Under the pieces are notes generated by a model. It was given only the letters and a program-made list of their open reading frames with translations, was not told the DNA's origin and did not search any database. A program made the position numbers and the translations under genes. DNA of 64,000 bases. Source: the human T2T-CHM13v2.0 reference genome, Homo sapiens. The DNA lies in assembly GCF_009914755.1 (NCBI RefSeq), contig NC_060936.1, one strand, 5' to 3'. Below are positions 43,306 through 55,055 of the stretch, in pieces (within the stretch, counting starts at the first letter, position 1; every line of letters begins with the position of its first letter).

Positions 43306-44337
43306 TTTTTTATTCATACAGATATTTGTACATATTTGTGAGGTACATGTGATATTTTGTTACATGCATAGACTATGAAATGATCAAGTCAGGGTATTTT
43401 GGGTATCCATAACATCAAGTATTTATTATTTCTGAGTATTGGAAACGTTTCAAGTCCTCTTTTCTAGCTATTTTGAAATATATAGCACATTGTTGTTAGC
43501 TATAGTTACCCTATTCAGTTACTGAACATTAGAACTTATTTCTTTTATCTAACTGTTTGTACCATTAACTAACTTCTCTTCATCCCCACCAACACCTTTC
43601 CCAGCCTCTGGTATCTTTATCATTCTATTTTCTACCTCCATGAGATTAAGTTTTTTAGTTCTCACATATGAGTGAGAACATGTGACATTTGCAAACTATT
43701 TATCCAACAAAGGACTAATATCCAGAATTTACAAGGAATTGAACAATAAAGAAACTTTAAAAAGTGGACAAAGACATGAATAGAAATTTCTCAGAAGTCA
43801 TGCAAAGCGCCAACAGGTATATGAAAAGATGCTAAACATTACTAATCGTCAGGGAAATGCAAATTAAAACCATAATGAGATATTATGTTACCACAATTAG
43901 AATGGCCATTATTAACAAGACAAAAAATAACAGATGCTGGTGAGGATGCAGAGAAAAGGGAACACTTATACACTGTTGGTGAAAATGTAAATTAGTGCAC
44001 CCACTATGGAAAACAGTACAGAGTTTTCTTAAAAAACTAAAAATAGAACTCCTGTATGATCCAGCAATCCCACTACTGAGTATTTATCCAAAGGAAAACA
44101 AATCAGTATATCAAAGGGATACCTGCACTCGTATGTTTATTGCAGCACTACTCACAATAGGAAAGATATGGAATCAACCTAAGTGTCTAGTAAAGGATGA
44201 ATGGATAAAGAAAATGTGGTGTATAAGCACAATGGAATAGTATTTGGCCATAAAAAAGGAATGAAATCCTGTCATTTGCAGCTATGTAGGTGGAACTAGA
44301 GGTCATTATCTTAAGTGAAATAAGCCAGACACATAAA
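43306..44337 (-). mobile_element. L1MA-type LINE with 5' inversion (twin priming)
   Basis: The 3' UTR is antisense at 43306-43691. The ORF2 C-terminal segment is sense at 43687-44337 (ORF 43995: ..[23 protein letters not shown]..). Confidence 0.85.
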
Positions 44338-44519
44338 ATTTAATTCTTTAAAAAAATCTAGGTTATAAAAATTTTTCTTTATCTAAAATGAAATATATTG
44401 TATTCAACCTTGAATTAGAGAAGATCTTAAGAGGAATGATATAATTTAGGTATCTGCTTCCTATTGTATTAATTGTATTCCTAAAGTATATTGTATTAAT
44501 ATACCAGAAGGTAGATGTC

Positions 44520-45700
44520 TGGCTTGCATCATATACACAAATTAACTAAAAAGAGATCAAAGACCTAAATGTAACAGGTAAAATTATAAAATTCTTAGAA
44601 AAAATTATTCATCTAAATATTTTTGACCTTGAATTAAGCAAATAATTTTTACACATAATAGCTAATGCACAAGCAAAAAAAAAAAATAGATAAATTGAAC
44701 TTTATAAAAATTTAAAACTTTCGTGTTTCAAAGGATGTCATCAATAAAGTGAAAAGGCCACCCAAAGAGTGGGAGAAATATTTCAAATCATGTATCTGGT
44801 GGGATCTAGTATTCAGAATATATGAATAACTCTTACTATTAAACCAAAAAAAGACAAATAAATCAATAAAAAAATAGGCAAAGAATCTGAATGACTTAAA
44901 AAAATTTTTTTTCAGATGAAGTCTTGCTCTGTAGCCCAGGCTGGAATACAATGGCACAATCTTGGCTTAGTGCAACCTCCATCTCCGGGGTTCAAGTGAT
45001 TCTCTCGCCTCAGCCTCCCCAGTAGCTGGGATTACAGGCATCGGCCATGATGCTTGGCTAATTTTTGTATTTTTGTAGAGACAGCGTTTCACCATGTTGG
45101 CCAGGCTGGTCTTGAACTCCTGACTTTAGGTGATCCACCTGCCTCAGCCTCCCAAAGTGTTGGGATTACAGGCGTTAGCCACCGCCCCTGGCCGACTATT
45201 TTTTTCCCCAAAGAAAATATACAAATGGTTAATAAACACAGGAAAACATTCTCAACATGATTAGTTATTAGGGAAACACATATGGAAACCATAATGGAAT
45301 ACCATTTCACACTCATTAGGATGAATATAATTTTTTTTTAAAAAAAGGAAAATTGGTGAGGATGTAAAATTGTAACCCTTATATGTTGCTGGTGGGAATG
45401 TGAAATAGTGCAACACCCTTGGAAAACAAGTTGGCAATTGTTCAGAAAGTTAAACATAAAGTTTTCATTTGTCCCAACAATTCTCTTAGGTACATACCCA
45501 AGAGAATTGCAAAAATGTTTTCACACAAATACTTGTACACAATGTTCATATTAGCATTATTTTTGATAGCCATATAGTGGAAATGTTCATCAGCTGATAA
45601 ATGGAAAAACAAAATGTAATCTGTCCAATAGAATATTTTTTGACAATAAGAAGGAATGAAGTACTGATACATACTACGACATGGGTGAACCTTGAGAATT
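44520..45700 (+). mobile_element. L1MB-type fragment (interrupted by Alu)
   Basis: 'catatacacaaattaactaaaaagagatcaaagacctaaatgtaa...aaggaatgaagtactgatacatactacgacatgggtgaaccttga'. Confidence 0.85.
44905..45193 (-). mobile_element. AluS (Sx-like)
   Basis: Antisense dimer. Confidence 0.93.
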
Positions 45701-45879
45701 GATAAAGACTATCACTTCTCTTCCAGAATAAGACATTTCCACATATATTAAACAATTTAAGCATATATTCTGGGCATTTACAAGCCTCCTTAAACACGTT
45801 CATGAAACTCTAAGTCTCAAAGACCCGAAGCAGGAATCTCTAGTCTGCAAGATTAGTAAATAAATAAAATGGCTGCCCT

Positions 45880-46175
45880 GGCCGGGCACAATGACTCACG
45901 CCTGTAATCACAGCAGTTTGGGAGGCCGAGGTAGGCGGATCACGAGGTCAGGAGATCGAGACCATCCTGGCTAACACAGTGAGACACCATCTCTGCTAAA
46001 AATACAAAAAATTAGCTGGGTGTGATGGCACATGCCTGTAGTCCCAGCTACTCAGAAGGCTGAGGGAGGAGAATCACTTGAACCAGGGAGGTCAAGGTTG
46101 CAGTGAGCCGAGATCCTGCCATTGCACTCCAGTGTGGGTGACACAGCGAGACTCCATTTCAAAAAAAAAAAAAAA
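45880..46175 (+). mobile_element. AluSc8/AluY-like
   Basis: 'gatcacgaggtcaggagatcgagaccatcctggctaacac'; TSD core gctgccct. Confidence 0.92.
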
Positions 46176-46253
46176 GCTGCCCTAGAATTATTAAATTAAT
46201 GAATATTTTAATAATTCAATTAATCACATAAAATAAATTATGACCAGATAATT

Positions 46254-47610
46254 ATTTTATTATTATTATACTTTAAGTTCTAGGGTACATGTGTACAATG
46301 TGCAAGTTTGTTACATATGTACACATGTGCCATGTTGGTTTGCTGCACCCATTAACTCGTCATTTACATTAGGTATTTCTCCTAATGCTATCCCTCCCCC
46401 ATCCCCCCACCGCATGACAGGCCCCAGTGGGTGATGTTCCCCTTCCTGTGTCCAAGTGTTCTCATTGTTCAATTCTCACCTATGAGTGAGAACATGCGGT
46501 GTTTGGTTTTCTGTCCTTGCGATAGTTTGCTGAGAATGATGGTTTCTAGGTTCATCCATGTCCCTGCAAAGGACATGAACTCATCCTTTTTTATGGCTGC
46601 GTAGTATTCCATGGTGTATATGTGCCACATTTTCTTAATCCAGTCTATCATTGATGGACATTAGGGTTGGTTCCAAGTCTTTGCTATTGTGAATAGTGCC
46701 ACAATAAACATATGTGTGCATGTGTCTTTATAGCAGCAAGCATGATTTATAATCCTTTGGGTATATACCCAGTAATGGGATGGCTGGTTCAAATGGTATT
46801 TCTAGTTCTAGATCCTTGAGGAATCACCACACTGTCTTCCACAATGGTTGAACTAATTTACACTCCCACCAACAGTGTAAAAGCATTCCTATTTCTCCAC
46901 ATCCTCTCCAGCACCTGTTGTTTCTTGACTTTTTAATGATCACCATTCTAACTGGTGTGAGATGGTATCTCATTGTGGTTTTGTTTTGCCTTTCTCTGAT
47001 GACCAGTGATGATGAGCATTTTTGCATGTGTCTGTTGGCTGCATAAATGTCTTCTTTTGAGAAGTGTCTGTTCATATCCTTTGCCCACTTTTTGATGGGG
47101 TTGTTTGATTTTTTTTCTCGTAAATTTGTTTAAGTTCATTGTAGATTCTGGATATTAGCCCTTTGTCAGATGGGTAGATTGCAAAAATTTTCTCCCATTC
47201 TGTAGGTTGCCTGTTCACTCTGATGGTAGTTTCTTTTGCTGTGCAGAAGCTCTTTAGTTTAATTAGATCCCATTTGTCAATTTTAGCTTTTGTTACCATT
47301 GCTTTTGGTGTTTTAGTCATGAAGTCCTTGCCCATGCCTATGTCCTGAATGGTATTGCCTAGGTTTTCTTCTAGGGTTTTTATGGTTTCAGGTCTAATAT
47401 TTAAGTCTTTAATCCATCTTGAATTAATTTTTGTATAAGGTATAAGGAAGAGATTCAGTTTCAGCTTTGTACATGTGGCTAGCCAGTTTTCCCAGCACCA
47501 TTTGTTAAATAGGGAATCCTTTCCGTATTTCTTGTTTTTCTCAGGTTTGTCAAAGATTAGATCGTTATAGATGTGTGGTGTTATTTCTGAGGCCTCTGTT
47601 CTGTTCTATT
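46254..47610 (-). mobile_element. L1PA5/6, 5'-truncated (~1.36 kb)
   Basis: 3' end 'ttattatactttaagttctagggtacatgtg'; ORF2 C-terminal fragments ([12 protein letters not shown].., [14 protein letters not shown].., IDWIKKMWHIYTMEYYAAIKK); 13-bp TSD tgaccagataatt (46241-46253 / 47611-47623). Confidence 0.95.
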
Positions 47611-47667
47611 TGACCAGATAATTTCATTAGAAAAAAAATTATCTGGTCATAACTACTTAGCAGCCAT

Positions 47668-47983
47668 TTTAATATCTATTTATGTATTTATTTTAACACA
47701 GGGTCTTGCTCTGTCACTGAGGCTGCAGTGCAGTAGCACAATTACAGTTCATTGTAGCCTCAGCCTCCTAGGCTCAAGAGAACCTCCCATCTCAGCTTCC
47801 TGAGTAGCTGGGACTCTAGGTGTGTACCACCACACTTGGCTAATTTTTTAATTATCATTTTTTTTTTGTTGAGGCAGAGTTTTTGCTATGCCCAGGCTAG
47901 TCTTCAACTCCTGGCCTCAAGGGATCCTCCTGCCTCAGCCTCTTAAGGTGCTGGGATTATAGGTGTGAGCCATTACACTGGAT
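47668..47983 (-). mobile_element. AluJ
   Basis: J-type 'cattgtagcctcagcctcctaggctcaag', 'ctggcctcaagggatcctcc'; TSD ttagcagcc. Confidence 0.9.
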
Positions 47984-48254
47984 CTTTAGCAGCCGTCTTT
48001 AAAGTATTTACAACATTTAAGTGTCAATAACAACCAAAACAACTACAACATCAAAAGCTAAGATTTATTAAAAATTTATTCTGTGCCAGGCAGTTTGGTA
48101 AGTACTAGACAGCATTTTCTCATTTAGTCATCCTTGTTTGGTTGATAAAATCTCATCGCTCCAGAGCACATACCTCTGATATCCTATCACAGATGGTGGC
48201 AATAGAAATGACTCTGCCTACACTACAAGTTAATTGTGAAATTTTTAACATGGA

Positions 48255-48450
48255 CAAGGCACTGGAGTAGAAATGTGGAATACTTGTTATTAGTTCAAGC
48301 TAATTCTGTTATTAACTAGCTTGTATGACTTTGAGTAGTTATGTTAGATTTCTGTACATCAATTAATTTATTTTTAAATTGGAAGCGAAGTCAGGGTAGG
48401 TTATTATTTTAATTTTCTTACAAGCTCTTAGATGTAATCATTCTAATCTA
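48255..48450 (+). mobile_element. MIR/MIR3 fragment
   Basis: 'ggcactggagtagaaatgtggaatactt...ctgttattaactagcttgtatgactttgag'. Confidence 0.55.
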
Positions 48451-49429
48451 ACTTAAATTTGTGTTTGCATCTATATACACATGGTGCTTAAATTTATATC
48501 ATATGACACATATAATTATACATACACAAATATACATATAATTATGTATCATATAGATGTGTATATACAGACACATAGGTGATTTTGAAGTAAGTAATTT
48601 GTATTATTAAAATACATTTAACAAGCGTATTTTTTCCAAATCAGATAACTACTTTTCAGAGGATATTGGAGAGGAATACTAAAAATATCCAGCCTGTGCA
48701 GGCTTCAGGGTCAGAACATTCTGGGGATTAGAGATGGTAGGAATCTAAGATAACAAAGGAGGTAGCTGCTTTGTTGATCTAGTTAAGTTAATTCTTCTAC
48801 AACAAATGTTTTCCCCAAGGTAGGAAACAATTAGTTCTAACCATTTGCTTAAGCACCAGAGGGACTCAACAAAAGGATTAGCTAGAAAGTTTCAAAGGAA
48901 GATCAAGTGACTTGAATTTATTTACAGAATAAAAGCCGAGTTTAAACTGGGCTATTCCCATAAAGTCTTACTTTCTGAATGAAAGTGTGACATAGCTCAG
49001 GCTTTTGTGCCTTCTTCCTATCTGAAAGTTTTACAAGTCCCATATTGAGGCAGAGGCAAAATATCTAGCTAGAAATTTGGGTCCTCTCTGTGAAACTTCT
49101 AATGGAGTAAAAGGAAAGTAGAATTAATACCTAAAGAATGAAAATATTCCCAAACTAAATTTATTTCCTCTGACAACTAGTCAAAAGTGTCCTGGAAATC
49201 AAGATGTCCCCAGTCAGATATTTATTACTGAGATAGCGGTTTCATGGTTAGAAATGGAGAAAATAAGCAATTGAGGAAACAAGAAAGAATATAAATAGCA
49301 GAAGGAAAAAGATGATGAGAAAGCAGAGATGCTGGTAGTTTTTACTGAGGGAGTAAATTGTATCTTATACAAAGATTTAGGGAATAGTAGATAGAGTATT
49401 GTAGAAAATTTTAAATAGAGAATGTAATA

Positions 49430-49680
49430 AGGATAGTCTCCCCAATTTCCCCTCCCCTGCTTCTGTAGGATTGAACAGGTCCCTTCATGTTTCTATTATA
49501 CTGTATTTATTTCTATATGCTGTGCATATCTCACATATGCCACATGACACATTGTATTTGCTTACCGGTAAGTTTCCTCCAGCAAGATATGAACCCCTTG
49601 AGAGAGGATCATGTTTATTTTACTGGCACCTAGCCTGGGTCTTGGACCATTGCATTCAGCCAAAATTATCAACTGATTTA
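49430..49680 (+). mobile_element. L2 3' fragment
   Basis: 'ttgtatttgcttac...cctccagcaagatatgaaccccttgagagagga...ggcacctagc'. Confidence 0.55.
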
Positions 49681-50942
49681 ATGAAAATTTATACCCCACA
49701 ATCTTTAAATTTTAGGATATACAATATTCATAGTGACTGTGAGTTGATTTTGCCATCTACTCAAAAGGGCACTTTTATGTTGATTCTGCAACTATCAAAA
49801 TTGCAGGCCCTTTAAATTTCATCCTCTTTGGAGGCTGAAGTAGCCACTCAACTCTACTAAAAGGTAGCAGAAGCTTATAATAGTCTAGAGAATAGAATGA
49901 CCAAAAAATATATGTTTCAAGGCTTTACAAAATTATGTTACACAAAAGTAGAGAGACTTAGCAAAGTCTCAGCAGGAGTGGTGTGAGGATTGGTTTTGAA
50001 GAGAAACGTATAACACACAGATTGTACCTTGGAAATAGTGTAATGCCCTTCAACATGTTTCAGTGTTAAAAGTGGGTCACCAACTGTCCTTACGATTCCC
50101 ACTGCTTTTTACTTGCCTTATGCATCAAGGCAAATGGAGATCGAAGGGAACTTCATACATAGTTAGAGAAGGATTGTTGTTGACCTGGGTCATAGTGGTT
50201 CTTACAGATCAAAAATAGTAAATCCACACCACAGGAAGATGGAGGAGAGCTAATCAAAAGAAAGGCAAAAGGCATTCCACTTGAAAACTATAGTGGAAAA
50301 AAGAGAAATGTACAAGAGCAGAATAGTTAGGTCAAGAAAATGATTTTCTCATTTGGAACTGAGAAAATGCTTTCAAGTCTGAAAGTCCCATAAAGAGATC
50401 TGTACATTCATCAAACAGCAGGGAGATGAATAACCAATTAAAATCAAAACTAAAATGATAGGCTGCAAGCTAGTATGGGAAACTATGATGAAGTTTTAAT
50501 TAGAAAAGAAGACAAACTCACTTGGAAATTTTTTTTGTTTTAGTTTTTTCAGAAAACAAGATTATGTATCCTTTATATGAGATTAAACATTCTTTTGTGA
50601 TAAATAAGACCTCTATCAGTGGTTATTAGCTTTATCAGCAGTAATTATTGCTTTAATTCATCTATTCCTTCATTAACCTTATCTTTAAAAAAAAGCCAGC
50701 TCAATTACATTTATTATAAACGAACAATTTCTTATTAAGTAGCATAGACAATTGCCAACCAGGGCTTCTCATGAGCATGAAATAAGAGGCAACACTAAAC
50801 CAATTTATTTTGAAATCAACCAAAAACAAAGATAATTTAAATTTTATTTAGCTTGTATGTTGTGATTTTAGATAAGTACACATTTTATTAAGCTTTTAAA
50901 AGTTATTGAAAATAACTCAAAATATCCATTGCTTCCTTTTTG

Positions 50943-51190
50943 CAGGGTTTCTCAACAGTGGCAGTATTGACATTTGTAGCCAGATAATTCCTTGTTGTGA
51001 GGGGCTGTCCTGTGCATTATAGAATGTTAAGAGGCATCCCTGGCCTCTATCCTCTAGATGCCAATAGTGCTCTCCTAGTTGTGACAATCAAAAATAACTC
51101 CAGCCATTGCCAAATGTCCCTTGGAGATCAAAACTGGCCCTAGGTGAGATTTGATACAGAGAAGTCTTAGGTCCTTATTTGATAACCACT
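50943..51190 (-). mobile_element. MER20
   Basis: 'cagggtttctcaacagtggcagtattgacatttg..ccagataattccttgttgtgaggggctgtcctgtgcatt...ccattgccaaatgtccc'. Confidence 0.9.
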
Positions 51191-52364
51191 CACCTTAAGA
51201 AATCAAGCAGCCAGAGAAATAAATAATACATAAAATCAAATAATGCTTTCAACAGGAGAATAGAGGGGATTACTAGATGGAACTATCCATTTTTCACAGG
51301 AAGCCAACACTAGATATAATGAGAATTGCAAAGCTGGGCTTTGTCTGAACAGGGCTGTGTCTGAACAGGTGTATATTCTACAGAGCATCAGGTGACATAA
51401 ATTCAAGGTAAGATCACACACATAGGAAGGTGGAGAGGGATATCTTCTTGAAATCTTCCAAGCTGATCATTTAATTTGGAAAAAAAGCGCTTATAAAGAA
51501 AAAAATTAAGGGGCTATGGATTTATCAATTCAGACTGTTTCTAATTTAGTTGAAAGTGCTGCCTATCATAGTTTTGCAAAGTCTGAAGACTGATAGAGTC
51601 TACAAACTTTCCAGGCTTGTTAGGAACAGACCTTAAATTACCTGATATGCTGTTCAACTTTTTAAAAAATGCCCCCTGCAGTAATGTGTATTGGGAATTT
51701 CCTTCTGTCTCATTAATCTATCACTTTCTAAATTTGGTAGTTGAATTTAATTAAAATTGTTCCTCCCACATGGTTCCATTATCCAATATAGATATTGTTT
51801 ACCAGTTTTTAAGAAGTTAGCTGCTATTGCATTGGCTAGGCAGACTTAATAGTGGTCATCAATGTCCAGTTTTATTTATTTTTGTCACTATTTTCCACAG
51901 GTTTAAATATTAAATCTTGGTCTAAGAAAAGCTAGAATTAAAACCGAATTTGAAATACTGCTCATGGTCAGTAGCATTCTATCAGTTGAAGAGCAAATCA
52001 CTGAAGAGTGTGACTCACTGGCTTTGAACATGGAACAGCACATCTATCACTAATGGAAGAACTGGCTTCAGCAACACATTATCTGGGACAGAGTAACCAG
52101 AAGTGATGTCAGACTATGTGATTAAGTCATTAATTTTCAAGCTCAATTGTGGGAATCTGGGTATTATCTAAGAAAAATGAATAAAAAGCTCTAACACCAT
52201 AATTTTTATAAACAAGAATGAGGAGGAAAAGAAGATGGTTAGTTTAACTCCACTAAAGTTTCCTTATATATAGCAAAAAGAGAGTGCATTCTAATGTTTC
52301 TAGCTAAATAGTTTCCTACTAATGTTGCTACTAACTCTTGTCGCTTTTGAACTAGTAATGACAA

Positions 52365-52600
52365 CAACGGCAATAACTTCAATGACTTTATGAATATCTA
52401 TTTTATGTCAGTGCTTGGCACTTAAAATCATTATTTCAAATCCTCCCAATAACCTGTAGTCATCTAATTTAGATTCCTGAAAAGAGGAAATTGAATTTTG
52501 AAGAAGGTACTTTCCTCAGGTCAAATTATATTAAGTGGTGAAACCTAGAATGAGTAGGTTTGATTACTTCCAAATCCCATGTTTATTTACATTTTTACAA
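52365..52600 (-). mobile_element. MIR
   Basis: 'ttatttcaaatcctcccaataacctg...agaggaaattgaa...tttgattacttccaaatccc'. Confidence 0.55.
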
Positions 52601-53502
52601 TATTGTACAGAACCAAGTCCCCGTGATGAAGACAAGGAAAGAGGCAAGAATGGGAAAGAAGAACCAGCCTGCACACCTGTTGTTTCATAGAGGACTTCTC
52701 ATACAGAAGTTCTCTATTCTAGTCGGTATTCAGGAATCCTCTGATTCTCTAACCCTCCTAACCAGCTGAATATTTGGGTGAAGGAGTTATTTTCTTCGCT
52801 TTACTCATGTCTGCTTGCCATATGACCTCTCTTCTAAGAGTGCTGACTCTTGGCAATGAGATCTTAATGTACATTTCAAATTTGTGGTGTTTTATTTAGG
52901 TTTGAAAGACCAAATGTCTGTTGTCCATTTTTCAGTTCCTATTTTTGCTTAGAGATCAATATTACTGCACACATTAATTAGAAAGTTTGGGACTTTGAAC
53001 ATTATCTAGTACTAAAAATAAAATTCAGAGTTGCATTGGAAAATGACAATTATCTTCAACCTCAGTAAGCACAAATTTCTATTTTTAAACATATTCTTTA
53101 CCTCACTACACCATGGGGAGGGAATTCTCATTTTTAAGAGAATGAGAATCATAAGCACCCCTTTTCTAACAAATTTGTTCCACTCTAAATCAGAAAGATC
53201 ATCTAAGTGATAAATCTGACTAGTATAAGATTTTGGTGAAATTAGCCAAGAATAAAATCTGAGCTAGTTAACAGTAACCCTTTATTCCTTTTGCTTATTT
53301 GTGTATTTGTACATTATTATTCTCTGGCAATGTAGAAGTCAAAGCCAATTAATATTCATTTAAAAATATTTAAGCTTGTATTTACTTTTCATAATGCTCA
53401 ATGATTTTTATTGTAATATGTATACAATTTTCCATACCTTATATATTTTTATATTTGTCTTATTTATTTTTATCCGTGATGAACACTAAAAAGCACCATG
53501 TA

Positions 53503-53802
53503 GGCCAGGCATGGTAGCGCTTGCCTGTAATCCCAGCTCTTAGAGAGGCCTAGGCAGGTGGATCACTTGAGCCCAGGAATTAGAAACCAGAATGGGCAAC
53601 ATGAAGAAACCCTATCTCTATAAAAATACAAAAAAATTAGCTGGGCGTTGTGGTACACGCCTGTAGTCTCATCTACTCAGGAGGTGAGAGGATCATTTGA
53701 GCCTAGGAGGTTAAGGCTGCAGTAAGCCAAGATCATGTCACTGTACTCCGGCCTGGGCAACAAAGTGAGGCCCTGTCTCAAAAAAAAAAAAAAAAAAAAA
53801 AA
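53503..53802 (+). mobile_element. AluJ
   Basis: 'gatcacttgagcccagga', 'ggatcatttgagcctaggaggttaaggctgcag'; poly-A. Confidence 0.92.
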
Positions 53803-53927
53803 GGTACCCTATAAAGGTGGTGAGGAATAATATGCCTGTAAATTAATTATAATTTATTTAACAATGTCTAGGAAATAGTTACAAGTTTCCCAGCTATTGC
53901 TGTGGGTTCAGTGAGCAGCAAAAGCAA

Positions 53928-53954
53928 CTGGATTCCTGGATTCCTGGATTCCTG
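53928..53954. repeat. (CTGGATTC)3 tandem octamer
   Basis: ctggattc x3 followed by ctg. Confidence 0.9.
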
Positions 53955-54069
53955 TACTCATTGGACATAGGCTGGGGAAGGAAGGAGCATATATGTGTGT
54001 TTTTGGGGATTTACTTTTTTTTTTCTCCTGGTCTATTTGTGTTTCTCTAATACTCTGAAACAGAAGAGG

Positions 54070-54250
54070 GCTGAGTCTGACTAATTTGTGCTAGTTCTGA
54101 AACTTTCTCTGAACCTCAACTTTTTCACTTTAAAAAATAGAGTGATTATAACTTCTCCCCAGAGAAGCTGTCAGATTGCATGAAATACTGTGTGTAAAGA
54201 ACTCGGTATAGTGCGGGACAGAGATGCACCTAATATGAGCTTTTATTATC
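54070..54250 (+). mobile_element. MIR
   Basis: 'ctttctctgaacctcaacttttttcactttaaaaaatagagtgattataac...tgaaatactgtgtgtaaagaactcggtatagtgc'. Confidence 0.7.
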
Positions 54251-55055
54251 ACCCTTGCCGTTTCAAATGTCCACTTCTCTACCATTGCATACTATACTCT
54301 GTGGAATGCTTTTCTATGAGGTTTTAGGGGCATAAATACCTATGGGTTCTAGAAGTATGAATTCTAGTACCGAGATTAAGAATTTTGGATTAGAAAACAG
54401 GGAGGCTTGGCTCAAAGGCCAGAAACAGTGAGATGAGAGCTTCATATATCTGAGGATTGAGAGTCTCCAGCACTATAAGACATTTAGGTTCACCACTTGA
54501 GGGAGGAGCAGTTTTCCATCTATGTTTTAAAGTTATTAAGCTAAAGTTAGCATTAGGTAAAAGCACAGCTAATGGAAAAAGAAGAAAAAAACCACTGGAG
54601 AAGAACAAATGGTTATGTGATTAAATATCTAGCTCTAGCTGAACCAAAAGCTTTTTATTCTCCCAAGTAGTTTTGTGAATGTTTTGGAAGACACCAGAAA
54701 ACTATATATACCTGGCACATAGTTGATGCTCATTGTGTATTTCTTGAACAAATGAATGAAAAAAAATGAATGGATAATAAATTTTGCCCTGGATTATAAA
54801 ATTGTAAAAAAGCCACCTAAAAATAGTAATTTACAAGGAGTAGGGAAAACAGTTTTAGACTGTATTGATATTGGTGAGGATTAGAAATGTGTGCTAATTC
54901 TGTTAGCATTGAACCTTTTGGAAGATACATGTTGGTTTTCAGAGTTGTCTATTCAAAAGTACATAGGCACAAGGGCAGTAACTTTTCTATCAGGAAAGAA
55001 TTTAGCTACTTTGCTCAATAAAACATTTTTAGAAATATACTGTCCAAATACAGTA

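Noticed and set aside
46469-47335. ORFs of 60-87 aa as a host gene
   Set aside because: They are frameshifted L1 ORF2 C-terminal fragments inside a TSD-bounded L1PA.
49471-49815. 114-aa ORF
   Set aside because: It overlaps an L2 fragment, has an unconvincing start and has no recognisable homology.
48650-50500. Possible CR1/L3 or RTE LINE fossil
   Set aside because: The resemblance is vague, with no motif I can confirm by eye; it needs Dfam nhmmer.
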